A stretch of 63,998 nt of DNA, counting the filler, from Reticulomyxa filosa (taxonomy: Eukaryota > Protista > Foraminifera), in assembly GCA_000512085.1 (NCBI GenBank). It is 17 parts of 17 records of this genome, joined end to end, with 100 filler letters (N's around TTAATTAATTAA, not from the genome) between each part and the next. Parts side by side here need not be neighbours in the genome. Positions count along the whole stretch, not along the records: positions 34,721 to 36,683 come from ASPP01000163.1; positions 36,784 to 37,791 come from ASPP01005181.1; positions 37,892 to 39,474 come from ASPP01033731.1; positions 39,575 to 42,346 come from ASPP01002537.1; positions 42,447 to 62,561 come from ASPP01024023.1; 12 more parts are not named here. The stretch is one strand, 5' to 3'. The first letter of the stretch is position 1. Every line of letters begins with the position of its first letter. A program made the position numbers and the translations under genes. Under the pieces are notes generated by a model that was given only the letters and a program-made list of their open reading frames with translations, did no database searches and was not told the DNA's origin. Positions 35,363 through 48,302 of this stretch are shown piece by piece.

Positions 35363-36620
35363 ATGCTGTACGTATTATCGATTTTATTGACTTTTTCTGC
35401 TGCCTTAAGTGCAGATACCTCAAATTTGCGCAAAGCAGAATTGACTGCCATAAGAAAATTAAATTGGTCGTTTGTTGAAACGTACGCGCCTTTTTTGTAC
35501 TTGGACGAAGAAGAACAATTCCGCCCTTCAAGTGTGGAATTCCATCTTGAGCATACGAAAATTGGTGGTCAATTTCCTCAATATTGGACATTTCCAAAAG
35601 AAGATGTGGACGACTCCACAATGTTATCATGGTATTATGGCCAAGATGTTAGTACTGACTCAGTGCCAGTATATGCATTTGTATTACCAGAAAAGAATAT
35701 AACTGGGACAATTAAAACATATGAAGACTTGGTTAAATTTTACGGTAATTTGAGTAATACCTTTGTGATTCAATATAATTTCTTTTTCCCTTTCAATTAT
35801 GGGAAAAAAGTTATGGGTGCAGTCACGTTTGGAAATCATATTGGTGATATTGAGCGATGTTTTGTCCGTGTTAAAGACAGTAACCCCATATCGATTACGT
35901 GCGAACACCATGGAGACCCTATTACCGTGGCATGGGAAGACGTTGCCAAAGAGAATGACACTCACCCTGTTGTGTATGCTGCCCAAGGTTCACATGGGCT
36001 GTATTTTGAAGAAGGAACTCATGATTACTCTGGAGAGGCTGCGAGTCTTGTAGGTAGGTTTATTATAAAAAAAATACGTAAAGCTATAAAAAAAATTACG
36101 TATACTTAGCCTAAGAACATCCTAAACTAGTTTCATTAAATGAATATTTTGTTATTGGCAAAAAAAAAAAAAAAAAAGGAATCAGCGACGTGTGTTCCAA
36201 AGGCGCAGAATGGAAGACTTGGGAAAATGTGGAAACGACGTTTCCTTGGGAATGGCATTCAAAAGTTGGCTCTGGAAACGTGGCGGCCACAGAATGGGCA
36301 GGAATTCAGTACTTGATTTATATTTATCGCTGGGGAAGCGATTCGATAGGCATAGCCGCGAGAGACGAATGGACGTTTAATGTGGGCCCACCGGGCTTTT
36401 TGGTAAGCACATATGATGACTTGCTGTTGACAGAGCTCTTTGCTGAAGGAAACGTATCATGTCAAGGCGACGACGATCAACTGTGTCCAGTTCCAATGGG
36501 AATGTATAGCTCATGGCCTTGCTTGCCCGGATACCAAATCAACACTGCCAACATCACCACAACAGATGGGGCAGCGTGTTTCTTGCATCCTTTTGGATTT
36601 GGCCATGACAACTGCAGTTT
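35363..36620 (+). CDS. Secreted Vps62-domain protein, partial (intron ~36054-36178)
   Basis: Signal peptide; YAPFLYLDEEEQFRPSSVE, FFFPFNYG, GNHIGDIE, HPVVYAAQGSHGLYF; Cys-rich downstream part. Confidence 0.8.
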
Positions 36621-36806
36621 TTACTTTTTTTTTTTTTATTACATTAAAAAGTAGATGATGATATTCATTTTTTTAAAAAAAATNNNNNNNNNNNNNNNNN
36701 NNNNNNNNNNNNNNNNNNNNNNNNNNNTTAATTAATTAANNNNNNNNNNNNNNNNNNNNNNNNNNNNNNNNNNNNNNNNNNNNAAAAAAAAAAAAAAAAA
36801 AAAATC

Positions 36807-37490
36807 TCAACATACCGTGCTAATGTCAGAAGATAGTTCACCATGGCAACATAAACACTTGCCGTTGATCGTCGCGGCAATGGGCAAGTTGTGGAAGCAT
36901 TCCATTACTGCGTCGTATAGTTCCAAGTTGTACTTGTATGTATGATATGTGGTTTTTCTTTGTTGGCAATATAAAAAAAAACACGACTTAACATTTGTCT
37001 TTAATTTTATGTGCGCATAAGAAAAATACACAATCGCACGAAAAGCAGCCTCCGTCCACGTAGTCACCCAAGAATAAGTATTGCGTATCTGCTGGCTCTC
37101 CTCTTTCCAACAAATCAAAAAATTGGCCGTATACATCTTTACACATACACACGGCAATTGGATCTTTCAGACTCAATAAGTTTGGCTCTTTTTTAAATAT
37201 CTCTTTGCATATTTCACTAAATAAAATACATCTTCCAATCGAAGTCGACCTTCATTATTTAAATGCTTTCCCAAACACTCCACATCTATCGTCCATCCGC
37301 TCGAAACAATTTATTATGTAACAACGGGAAACGTGGCTGCGCGACGACATCGCGCATTACTCGGTCTTTTGCTTCATCCTCATTTTTGGACTTATCTTCT
37401 ACTATACTTCCAAGGCCGGCGGTTTCATTTGCTCGTTTTGTGTCATTTCCTTTTAGTTGGACAATAGTTCAATCTTGCTATTTCAACTTC
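36807..37490 (-). pseudogene. Calcineurin A (PP2B) catalytic subunit pseudogene
   Basis: [74 protein letters not shown], with frameshifts, stops and damaged GDxHG/GDYVDRG/GNHE/HGG motifs. Confidence 0.85.
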
Positions 37491-38652
37491 AATTGCAATA
37501 TAAATCAAACGCCCTAAAAAAAAATTAACATTCGTCATTTGATGATGATAGATGATTTTTTTCAATAAAGAAATTCTCCTTTTTTAAAAAATGAAACAAT
37601 CTTTGAGTAATTTAGAAAACAAAAATTAATTTATTTTTATTTAAAAAAAACATTTTGTTTTTGTATTTTTCAAAAACAATCACTAAAAACATGAAAAATT
37701 AAATAATTTTATATCAACGTCATTGAAAACTGTTTATTATTCAACAATTGCTAAAAATTATAAATTTGGCTATGTGTTATCGTCAAAAAAANNNNNNNNN
37801 NNNNNNNNNNNNNNNNNNNNNNNNNNNNNNNNNNNTTAATTAATTAANNNNNNNNNNNNNNNNNNNNNNNNNNNNNNNNNNNNNNNNNNNNTTCATTTTC
37901 TTTTCTCTTTCGAATTGTTTAATTGCTTTTTTGTTTATATGAATAATCTTTTTACTTTGCATTTTTTCATCTTTCTGCAATTGTACTTTTTGCAATTTTT
38001 TAAACATTGGTTGAATTGTAATTGTATTTAATAAATTAATTATTGTTTTTAAATAAAAATATTGAAAATGATACCTTTCACAGCAGAAAGCAATTCAAAT
38101 CACTTCAAATTAACAAGAAACAAAAAAATTAAAAAACGTCTTGTTTGGATTCTAAATGTTATGCCAACAGAGTTGACTTTTGGCGCTTTGACAAAAAAAA
38201 ATTGATGCAAGTCTAGAAATTATTATCACAATTGGAGCTTTTTATGATTATTCAACACGTGAGTTACCTCAAAGACTGTTGCATCATTTCTTGCGCAAAA
38301 TGACAAGGGCACGTACTAAAAAATTGATCGGAAATGCTTTTTAAATACATAATAAACTTTATCAAAATAGCAAACTTTATCTTTTTTTTGATGTATCACT
38401 TTTTTTTAATATGTAAGGATATTTTGAGATATTCAATCGATTTGTCAAGTTGTCGTGTAAGAGCATATAGAAAAGCCAAATGAGTGTATGTTTTTGCAAC
38501 AGACTACGGTCGAACCCAAAAACCGGAGCGTGAAATTTAAAGGGCCCATTTGAAACTATTAGTTGGGAGTTAAGCCCTTGCCTAGTTGCGAAATTCTATT
38601 AAAGCAAAATGAATTATCCACACGACGAATTGAGCTTGTCCACAAATTCTCA

Positions 38653-39434
38653 ATGCCGCAAAATGCTCCAGAAAGTAGGTGAGCAGCTTTCGAATTTGTT
38701 TACTTGTCACTGCGTAAGGTGCACGCATAAGAGACACGTTGGCAAACATCGCTGTTATGTTGTTTGTGGATGATGATGTTAGGGGACAACTTTCCCGAGG
38801 CAGAGCGTGTGCTTCTTTCATCGAAAGCTACCAAAATCAACAAGCGCGGCAAGGCTCAAGCGAGAGCAATATTGATTACCGACAAAGCATTGTTAAGTCG
38901 AGGTGTTGGCCTACCAATGACAAAACCTCCTTTTTTTTTTTTTTCTTCTCCCAAAAAATAAGTTTGTCAACTGTTATCGATCACATTTTAATAAGCGACC
39001 CCTTTTAAAAAAAAAAGCTACAACTTGAAACCTAACGACTATCGCAAATGTCAACGGCGTATCGCTTTGGACAAAATCATATCGGTGTCATTGAGTGAGA
39101 CCTCGAATGAGTTTGCAATCCATGTCCCTGAGGAATATGACTACAGATACCAATGCGTATGAATCCCTCCTTCTAATCCATTGCTCAAACGACCTTTTTA
39201 CTTTAATACATATACATACTTATAAATGTATAAAATAAAAAAAATAAAAAATATATATATACATTTATTTATTTATTTTGTATACGTGACAATACAATAG
39301 GAAGACAACGAAAGGATTTTGACTGTACTGTCAGAAGCGTATCAACAAAAACAAAGCAAGAAATTGGGAATCAGCAAAGTCTCACAAAATGAGCTGTCGC
39401 AAGTCGTGGTTACAAAAGACGTTGCAAGACTTCA

Positions 39435-39436
<2 letters not shown>
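38653..39436 (+). CDS. Protein with an N-terminal myosin-I TH1-like (PH-fold) domain, partial, multi-exon
   Basis: ERVLLSSKATKINKRGKAQARAILITDKA | YNLKP...RRIALDKIISVSLSETSNEFAIHVPEEYDYRY; start codon uncertain. Confidence 0.7.
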
Positions 39437-39474
<38 letters not shown>

Positions 39475-39799
39475 NNNNNNNNNNNNNNNNNNNNNNNNNN
39501 NNNNNNNNNNNNNNNNNNTTAATTAATTAANNNNNNNNNNNNNNNNNNNNNNNNNNNNNNNNNNNNNNNNNNNNGATGATAATTGATTTTCTCAATGAAA
39601 AATCAATTATCATCATAATATATGTTTTATTCGCTCAGTTTTCTTTGCAACATACTGTATACATATATGTATTTCATTGACATTAATTTTGAATACATTA
39701 TCAAACATTTTACTTAACTAAATTTGTTGATCACTTTATTTATTTATTTTTTTAGACTTTTTTATTTTTTTCGTACTAATTTTTCCTTTAGATTGCTAG

Positions 39800-40900
39800 T
39801 TTTTATTGAAGGAACAATAATTAAAATTATAATTGTAGCGATCTTCGTTTATTCGGTTTGGACTGCTTCTGCTGTTGATTGGTGCAATTTGATTGTCTTG
39901 GTCTTCTTTGTCATCTTCGTCGCTTTTGCAATACTTGCCATTGCATACTTCGAGTTATATTGTTAATTATAATAATCAAATTATAATTTTGAAAATTATA
40001 ATTACCAAACAAATGATAAATAAAATTATCGTATTTATAAGTTTGATAATCTTTGTCTGTATTTAATTGTTACACAAGTACATGATACATAATATAATAT
40101 TTTTCTTTTTATATTAATCTTTTTATAAATACACATCTTTTAATTACATCTGCGTCGACTGCTGCTTGAAGTCGAAGTGCAATTTGTGATTTTCTTCAAG
40201 CGTAGCCTTGGCCATTTTGTGGCCAGTGTGTTGCTGTGATTGCTATGGTTGTTGTGGTTGTTGATATTGTCTTTTGTTGGAAGTAGTACCACTGTTACTA
40301 TAATTATTTTTTTGTGGCAACCTTGACTGGTGCATTGAAGGGTGCTGTGATTGTTATCGCAGCTTTGACTGTTGTTCGACTGTGGCTGTTGTAGTGACTG
40401 TTGCTTTGGAAGATGTTGTCGTTGTAGTACCTATTGTCGTTGTGGTTCAAATGATTATTGCTGTTCTTGTGACTGTCCCATCTGATGTGATTGTCTGTTG
40501 TGATAATTGTTTTCACTATGATACTAGTCGTCATCATTATACTGGTCTTCATCATAATGCTCATCGTAATAATGGCCTCCACGTGGTTGATTTTCATATT
40601 GTCGATCTTCATGCGATTTCCCTTCATGTGGTCGCTCTTCATGTTATTGCTCTTCATATTGTTGTTCATCACGATACTGTCCATCAGTTGGATTATCTTT
40701 CTTTTCATCTTTTTTGATAACAGAGCTAAGTTTTAAATAAAATGTGAATTCCGACAAAATCTTCATGTTCCGGATCAGTTTTTTGATGTCCTGATACTGG
40801 ATTTCTAAATATTTATTCCGCTTTTGCTGGCCTTACATTTTGTCTGGTGCACGTTAATCTGTTTGTGTAATGTGTAGTTGTGAAGGTATTTGTAGTGTGC
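39800..40900 (-). pseudogene. Gln/Glu/His-rich low-complexity gene relic with in-frame TAA/TAG
   Basis: DGQYRDEQQYEEQQHEERPHEGKSHEDRQYENQ...; stops at 40856, 40835, 40526, 40457, 40433, 40356 and 40245; frameshift near 40378. Confidence 0.55.
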
Positions 40901-41166
40901 TGAAAGTTATTGTTTTTTTTTAAGAAAAAGATCATACCTTGTTATCGCAGTTGCTGTTGTTAGTTTTAATTCTGAAAAGGGGTCCCTAGCGCCAAGTGAA
41001 CATTTAATGTCTGTCCAATACGAGTTCTAAAAAAGTGAGAATGAAATGAATGAGATTCAAAAAAAGAAAATAGATTTAGTAAGAAAAAGACTTGACATCG
41101 CAAAAAAACAGACGATTGCACCTTTAGCGGTATAGTAGTGAGGGGGAATAATAAATAAAAAAAATA

Positions 41167-42266
41167 ATGACAGATTTCGTACTGTACAGCTATATTACAG
41201 CCTCGATAACAGTAATATGTACCCTCCTTCTAATATTGACCTATTCGACAATGAAGACAGTTCGTACCTTTTTTGTGAAATTGTTGATGATCTTGGCATG
41301 CTGTGACTTGGTAAGTGCTAGTCTAATATTTTGGCCAGCTCATGAGAACACCCTTGCTTGTCACATTCAAGCGTCGATATTTGAGTTTAGCTGGATTTCA
41401 TCGTACTTGTGGATGTTGTGCATCAGCGCAACGATGTATTTTACAGTAGTGCGTAGTCGACAGCATATGTGGAAATATGAATTGTTGTACCACGTAATAT
41501 GCTGGGGTATTCCGACCGTCGGAGTGATAATTATGAACTGTTTTCGGAATATAGTAAACAAAAGCAACGACGACAGTGCATGGTGTTGGTTGTATGAGCG
41601 TGACAATGGCAACGATGAGGACTCGTCTTCCTCGCCATCACTCTTTTATTCTTCACATTCGATATCCCAACAAGAACAAGGTAGCAATACTAATTACTAC
41701 AATAGCGACAACAAGAGCAATGTAAAAACGGCTGACGTTGTGGATTGGATAGTCTACGAAATCCCCATGATCGTGTCCTTAGGAGTGATGATCTTGCTGT
41801 ACGTATGGACCATATGGCATTTAGTCAATTACACGAGGATGGATGAGCGAATGCATCGGTCCAATGCATCGTCGTCGCAAAGAATGGCCGGAAATAACCT
41901 ATCCACAGCTCATCTATTGAATGCACCCATCAATGGCAATACTAATGTCAATGCTAATGCGAATGCCAATATTAACGCTAATGCAAATGAGGTAGCAACA
42001 AGGACCGAAAAACAAACGGTGTTTGATGCGACAGACACACTTCGAACCCAACACAAATTGTTAATAGAACAAATGACTGTGTTCAACAACAAGTATCGTC
42101 AGTCCAACTTGTACAAACGCCATCGCACGTTGCAAAACGAATTGATCCTTTATGTTTTCTTGATCATTGTTTGTCGCATGTGGGGAATTTTGGAACCATT
42201 TCGGAATTACTTGGGCATTGGTCTGTGGCTGAAGCATTTACACATTGTGTTGTCACCATTGCAAGG
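41167..42266 (+). CDS. cAMP-receptor-like GPCR (Dictyostelium CAR / plant GCR1 family), lacking the last exon(s)
   Basis: Seven TMs; LACCDL, CHIQA, SSYLWMLCIS, YHVICWG, AWCWL, LSPLQG; GT donor at 42267. Confidence 0.85.
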
Positions 42267-42489
42267 TTAACCAACAATAACAAAACAACAGCAACAAAAA
42301 ATTTCAAAAAATTAAAATTATATACATATATATATATATATATATANNNNNNNNNNNNNNNNNNNNNNNNNNNNNNNNNNNNNNNNNNNNTTAATTAATT
42401 AANNNNNNNNNNNNNNNNNNNNNNNNNNNNNNNNNNNNNNNNNNNNGCACAGTTTTATATAACTTTACGCAATTTTAATGTATCCCATG

Positions 42490-42521
<32 letters not shown>

Positions 42522-42591
42522 TGTATATGTGTGTGTATGTGTGTGTGTGTTCAATAGTTTTACAATTTTTTTCTCGTTTGTTTGTTTATTT

Positions 42592-43030
42592 CTATCGCTC
42601 AACTGAATGGTCACGAGTTGGGGTGTGTGGTAGTAGGCTGTGGTATTTTTCCACTTCTTGGAACTCGTTGTACTGATCCTCCAGCACGCTGTCGGGCTCA
42701 TATTTGTACAGACTGTTTTCGCCGGTTATCACAAACGAGCTTTGCTTGGTTGTCTTTGGCTGTGGTGTTGGAGTCTTTTGCATATGTCCCGATGCCACTT
42801 TTACATTGCCTGTCTTACATACTGCACTAGTCATACCCGTCTCTTGCGACGCTTTCTCCATATTCACTTCCATATCTTTTTTTGTTCGCTGGGAGTCGTC
42901 GTCGCATTTTCTTGCTGCAATTGTTTATGCAATGTATGTGTCCCTGACACCTTTCGCCTCAAGCGATCAAAAAATTGGGTGCTCATCTTTTTATATTCTT
43001 GGATTTGTGGGTGATTTCTTTATATTTTAT
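42592..43030 (-). CDS. Hypothetical protein exon(s)
   Basis: Hydrophilic open frame (MEVNMEKASQETG...EDQYNEFQEVEKYH); no recognisable motif. Confidence 0.3.
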
Positions 43031-43321
43031 TTCTTTTTTTTTAAATAAGCCCTTTTTCTTAGAGAAATACTGTTTGCTGCTATTGTCTATTGCTATGTTG
43101 CAAACTTTCAGACGTATAACACGCATGGACAAGCAAACGACCTTCTGTTTTTTGGTCTGGTATCATCGTATCTTTTGTAATCACTATACTTGTGATCTTG
43201 TGTCAATCTTTGTATTTCAGTGGCTGTGGTACTCTTTCCAAAATTGACAAAGAAGTAGGTTCAGTGGTCCAAAAAAAAAACCTTGTAAAGGGAATAAACT
43301 TAAAAAATATAATAATAGAAG

Positions 43322-45144
43322 ATGGGCCAAGGTCCTAATGGCGGATTGCCCGGAATGCCACCAAGTGGCTTTCAGAAAGTGAAATTTTATTGATTATATG
43401 ACTCAATAGAATTTTAAGAAACAAAATTTTGCAACACTGAAACAAAAAAAACAGAAAGACGAAAAAAAGAAAAAGAAGCCACCACCACGCAAACCACCCA
43501 TGCGCATTGGAAAGAAAAAGAGAAAAGGACCACAATCCTCAACAAAAATTCCGGCAGTGGTCCCTTTATCTAGGTGCAAACTCCGGAAGCTGAGGTTCGA
43601 TCGTATAAATGACTGGCTGCTGTTAGAAAAAGAATTCGTTAGCAACCAAGAAGCCATTAAACCCAAAGAAGAAAGAAACAAGGTTTTTTTTTGTTCCCTG
43701 TTTTTTCTTGTTTTTATTTTTCCTACTTGTGTTTAAAAAAAAAACTCAACTAGTGAAATTTTTCCCCTTTTTTTTTATTTTTTAAAATTTCGTTCACTTT
43801 TTGATTGAAGATAAAAGTTGGAAGCAAAATTGCCAAAATCCAACAATCAAAAGCGCTCTACAATGTGATGTAAAGATGCTTTTATGACATTTCTGTTGTT
43901 TTATTTTTTAAATAATTTTAAATAGAAAGAAAGAGATCAAGTGGACGAATTGAGCGGAGTGCCATTGATGATTGGAAACCTGGAGGAAATGATTGACGAG
44001 AATCACTGTATTGTGTCGACACCGATGGGTCCTCAAAGCTATGTCAATATACTGTCGTTTGGTAAGTGACAAGAGCAGTCTTTTTTGTGAACATACACCA
44101 AACAAGCAAACAAAACACACAAAGATGAAAAATGTATCTTTTGCAAAAAAAAAAACAGTGGACAAGGATTTGCTGGAACCTGGCTGTACAGTGTTATTGA
44201 ATAATAAATCAATGTCCGTGGTGGGCATATTAAATGACGAAACGGATCCAATGGTGAATGTGATGAAAGTTGACAAAGCGCCTTTGGAAACTTATGCAGA
44301 TATCGGCGGGTTAGATCAACAAGTACAAGAAATAAAAGAATCAGTGGAATTGCCAATGACCCATCCAGAAATATATCAAGACATTGGCATATCTCCGCCC
44401 AAAGGTGTTATATTGTATGGTCCTCCAGGCACTGGGAAAACACTGTTAGCAAAAGCCGTTGCGAATCAAACTGCGGCAACTTTCCTTCGCGTTGTTGGAT
44501 CCGAGCTCATTCAAAAGTATCTCGGAGATGGACCTAAGCTCGTTCGAGAATTGTTCCGAACGGCAGAGGAGAATGCGCCGTCGATTGTGTTCATTGATGA
44601 AATCGATGCTATTGGTACTAAGAGGTACGAGAGTACATCGGGCGGAGAACGTGAAATTCAAAGAACGATGTTGGAGCTGTTGAATCAATTGGATGGATTT
44701 GATGAACGAGGCGAGGTCAAAGTCATAATGGCGACCAATCGAATTGAAACTTTAGATCCTGCTTTGTTGCGACCTGGAAGATTGGATCGCAAGATTGAGT
44801 TTCCTTTGCCAGACTTGAAGACCAAGCAAAAAATCTTTGATATCCACACTAAAAAGATGACACTGTCAAACGATGTATCATTTGACTTGCTCGTTTCTTC
44901 AAAGGATGACTTGTCTGGTGCTGACATTAAAGTTAGTCGCTTGTATCTGCCGCAACTTGTCATCTTTCTTTTACACGCTTGTTCCTTTGTGCATCAAATA
45001 AAAAAATAGGCTATGTGCACAGAAGCAGGTTTATTGGCATTACGTGAAAGAAGAATGAAGGTTACATTAAAAGACTTTGAAAAAGCCAAAGAAAACATTC
45101 TTTACAAGAAATCAAAAGGAGTTCCAGAAGGGCTTTATTTATAA
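43322..45144 (+). CDS. PSMC1: 26S proteasome AAA-ATPase Rpt2 (subunit 4); introns 43379-43454, 43683-43925, 44062-44158, 44932-45009
   Basis: MGQ N-terminus, [48 protein letters not shown]-terminal PEGLYL (HbYX); all four splices restore frame. Confidence 0.97.
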
Positions 45145-45774
45145 TCGTGAAATACTCATCGTTTTCTTGTGTGGTGAGTGAAGATTGCACGCAAAAGTTG
45201 TCTTTCACAAAAAACAAAAAAAAACACCACTTATTTGACGCAACAAGTTCACTTTTGCTTTTGAAAACCGCCAAAAAAATTGTTATTTCTCAAAAACTAA
45301 ATTATCAAAAAGTATCCGTAATCTACGAGTACACATCATTTTCCTCTATTTTTTTGAATGTCGCACAAGAGAACGGTTTTTTCAAAAAAGCATGTTTACA
45401 TTATATCTCGGAAATTAGGTCAAACAAGTGATCACACAATCACAGAAAATTAATGTAATTCTATCTTCAAAACAACATATTATGGTGGAATCTTTAGTCT
45501 CTGAATATAATGACTTTACTTAGCTAAAAAATTGTTTTCTTCAGCTAGAACTTTGTTGGTAATCATTTTTATGCACTTGGTTGGTTATTGTCTGTGTTAT
45601 TACGCTGATTTTTTGCGCCACTCAGACTTAACTCAATTATTTCAGTGATATCTCTTTATCAAAGTTAACCACATTCACAAACGAAACTCTGACGGCTCGT
45701 TTCTCTCCCAACAAAGTTTTTTTTTGCTTGAATAGAAACACAAGAGCTGAAAATTTATAACGATTAGCCTAAAA

Positions 45775-47805
45775 ATGGAGGATGATGTAAAAATTTTTCC
45801 AGAATATGAAATACTTGTTGGCGCGAACATTCGAACATTACGGTAAAAAAGCAACAACGAAAGTTTGTTGAACAAAAAGGAAAGAGCATACTAAAACACA
45901 GACAGGCAAATACGGAAGATGGAGAATTGGAATCAAAGGCAACAGTGGTGATACGAGAGATGATAAACAACAAAAAGGCGGGTAAACTGACATTGTCTAT
46001 GCTTCCCATCCAATCGGATGATTTTTTGTCAATTGCCAAGTATTTGCAACAAAGATCACAAACTGACAATTGTTACGCTTTTGTTTTATTTTGACAAATG
46101 TGTCCAAAACAAGTATACATCATACGCAAAAAAAAACCAAAAAAAAACCTAGATCAATGTATTGAGCGCTTAAATCTAACCGGCGTGGCAGTAAACGCAG
46201 CACTAATGTGCGTGATTGCAGATGAATTATTAGACAATACAAAGTATAGTAAATTGGCATGGCTAAATTTGAGCCAAACTGGGCTCACTGGAGACGTGCC
46301 TGTTGCCAAAAAAAAAGCTATTCCCAAGCAACCACAGAGTTACACATTTTTATTTCTTTGCTTGTTTGCCTATCGAATTGAGGCATTCCAAATACAACAA
46401 ACAAAGTGCGTGAAATGAATGAAAGCGACAAAGAAAAAGAAAAAGAAGAGAAAAAAAAAGAAGATGTGGTGAGCATATTAGCCAGAGGATTGGAAAAGAA
46501 TAAAAGTTTAAAATATCTGCTTTTAAGTAAAAACCCAAAAATCAAAAGCGACGCATTTAATCGGCTGTTGCAAAGTATCTATCAGCATCCTCAAATTCAA
46601 TTATTTGTTTACAATGGAAATCGACTTACCCTTGAACATGCCATAATTTTGGGGCAATATTTTGCACAATTCCCTAACCCCACCTTGCCAAGGATTTCTT
46701 TGGAGTCCTGTTCCATCACGGATCAGCTTGTATGCTTATTTGTTTATTTATTTATGTTTTGTTGTTTTTATTATTATACGTACTTACGTACGCTACTTTG
46801 CCTGTGCGATAACAGTTTGCAGAAATTTGCAAAGGAATTCGGTTGAACGGAGTATTGCGACATTTGCAAATGCCGAAAAATGAGATAACAGACAAAGGAG
46901 TTGATTTGCTGTGTAAAGCCTTACGCAGAGTGCCAATGGGAATGGAAACAGATGAAGATATTACCCAGCAAGTAGGTTTGTCTCATAAATTCTTACTATT
47001 TTATAATTTTTCAAAAAAAAAAAAAAAGGGGGTACATCCAACGCCTTTCGTGTGCATGTAACAACGGAGGACAGAAAGAGTAGTGCCACCCTCCGCGATG
47101 AACTTGTTGAACTTATCGGGGAATAACCTATCAGCAGAAAGTGGAAAACATTTGGCAGAAATGATGGCGCATAGCTATCATGTGGAATATTTGGATTTAT
47201 CATTTAACATTGGATTCGGTGACGACGGAGTAAATGCATTGTGCAATGGGCTAGTTTCGAATGAGTCGTTAATGTCACTGCGGCTGGGTTGTTGTAACTT
47301 GACCGATGCTTGTTGTGAATTATTAGGTCAAGTCTTGTCGAAACATAGCAACTTAGCGTCTTTGGAATTACAGTTGAATAATGAAATCACTGGCGAAGGA
47401 ATGACTTTGCTGTGCAAAGGAATTGAACATAACTCGCATTTAATTCATTTGAATTTGGAAGGACTTGCCAAACTAGGACAACTAGGTGCTCTTGCTTTGC
47501 GAACTGGGTTAACTGCTCATGTCGTTACCACCATGGGAAAAATCAATTTTCTTACCAATTTCTTAACTTCTTACAATTGTTCCTCCACTTCCATCCATTC
47601 TGACTCTGCTGAGGACAACGAGAAAATGGAGTTACCTCAAGATATCGTTCACTTTCTTATTGAATGGGTTGGATATAGTTGTGTTCGTCTACTGTCTGTT
47701 AAAAATTGCTATCCTAATGTTGATGATGCTGGTATTCATGATCTGCTCATGTGTCAGAGTATTATTAAACGACAACATGGCCATGGCTTGGAGATTCTTT
47801 GGTAA
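45775..47805 (+). CDS. RNI-like leucine-rich repeat protein (multi-exon)
   Basis: LNLSGNNLSAESGKHLAEMM, LDLSFNIGFGDDGVNALCNGL, LRLGCCNLTDACC, NNEITGEGMTLL. Confidence 0.82.
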
Positions 47806-48302
47806 ATGGTGGCAACGAACATATATCCGTTTCATTTATACGGTAATATGTATATAAGGGAGAATCGTGTTCGAATCCTTCTGCTGTTTCAATTTGGACA
47901 ATGTGTCATTGATTTTTTCGTAATTTTTTGTAAGGACTCTCAAACATTCAATCGTTGTGCAATTTTCTTTTCAATTTTTGAGTTTGTTTGAAAATGGCAG
48001 ACACAACTGTATCGTCTCCACAAAAAAAAGATATTTGAAATTTTCAATCTTTGATGAAAAATTCGCAACAAACGTTTTTAATAGTTTTTTAGCTCGTGCA
48101 TAAATTAACAATGCACACAATTTTCCTTTAGTATTACCTTTTAGGTTAGGAAAAAGACAATTAATAGGTAAAAAGAAAAATATACAAAATCTTTTCAAAC
48201 CTAAAACGGCACAGTCTTTTTCCCCTTTTCGTGTAAAGTTCAGGTTACTCTTTGAATAAAAAGTTCATTCTTCATTTTCTTGAAAGAACGTTTTATTTTA
48301 AA

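Noticed and set aside
40140-40900. Genome-wide TAA/TAG=Gln code (ciliate-like)
   Set aside because: Conserved genes end in TAA/TAG at the expected positions (Rpt2 TAA 45142-45144, PARP TAG, zinc finger TAG) and have no internal TAR
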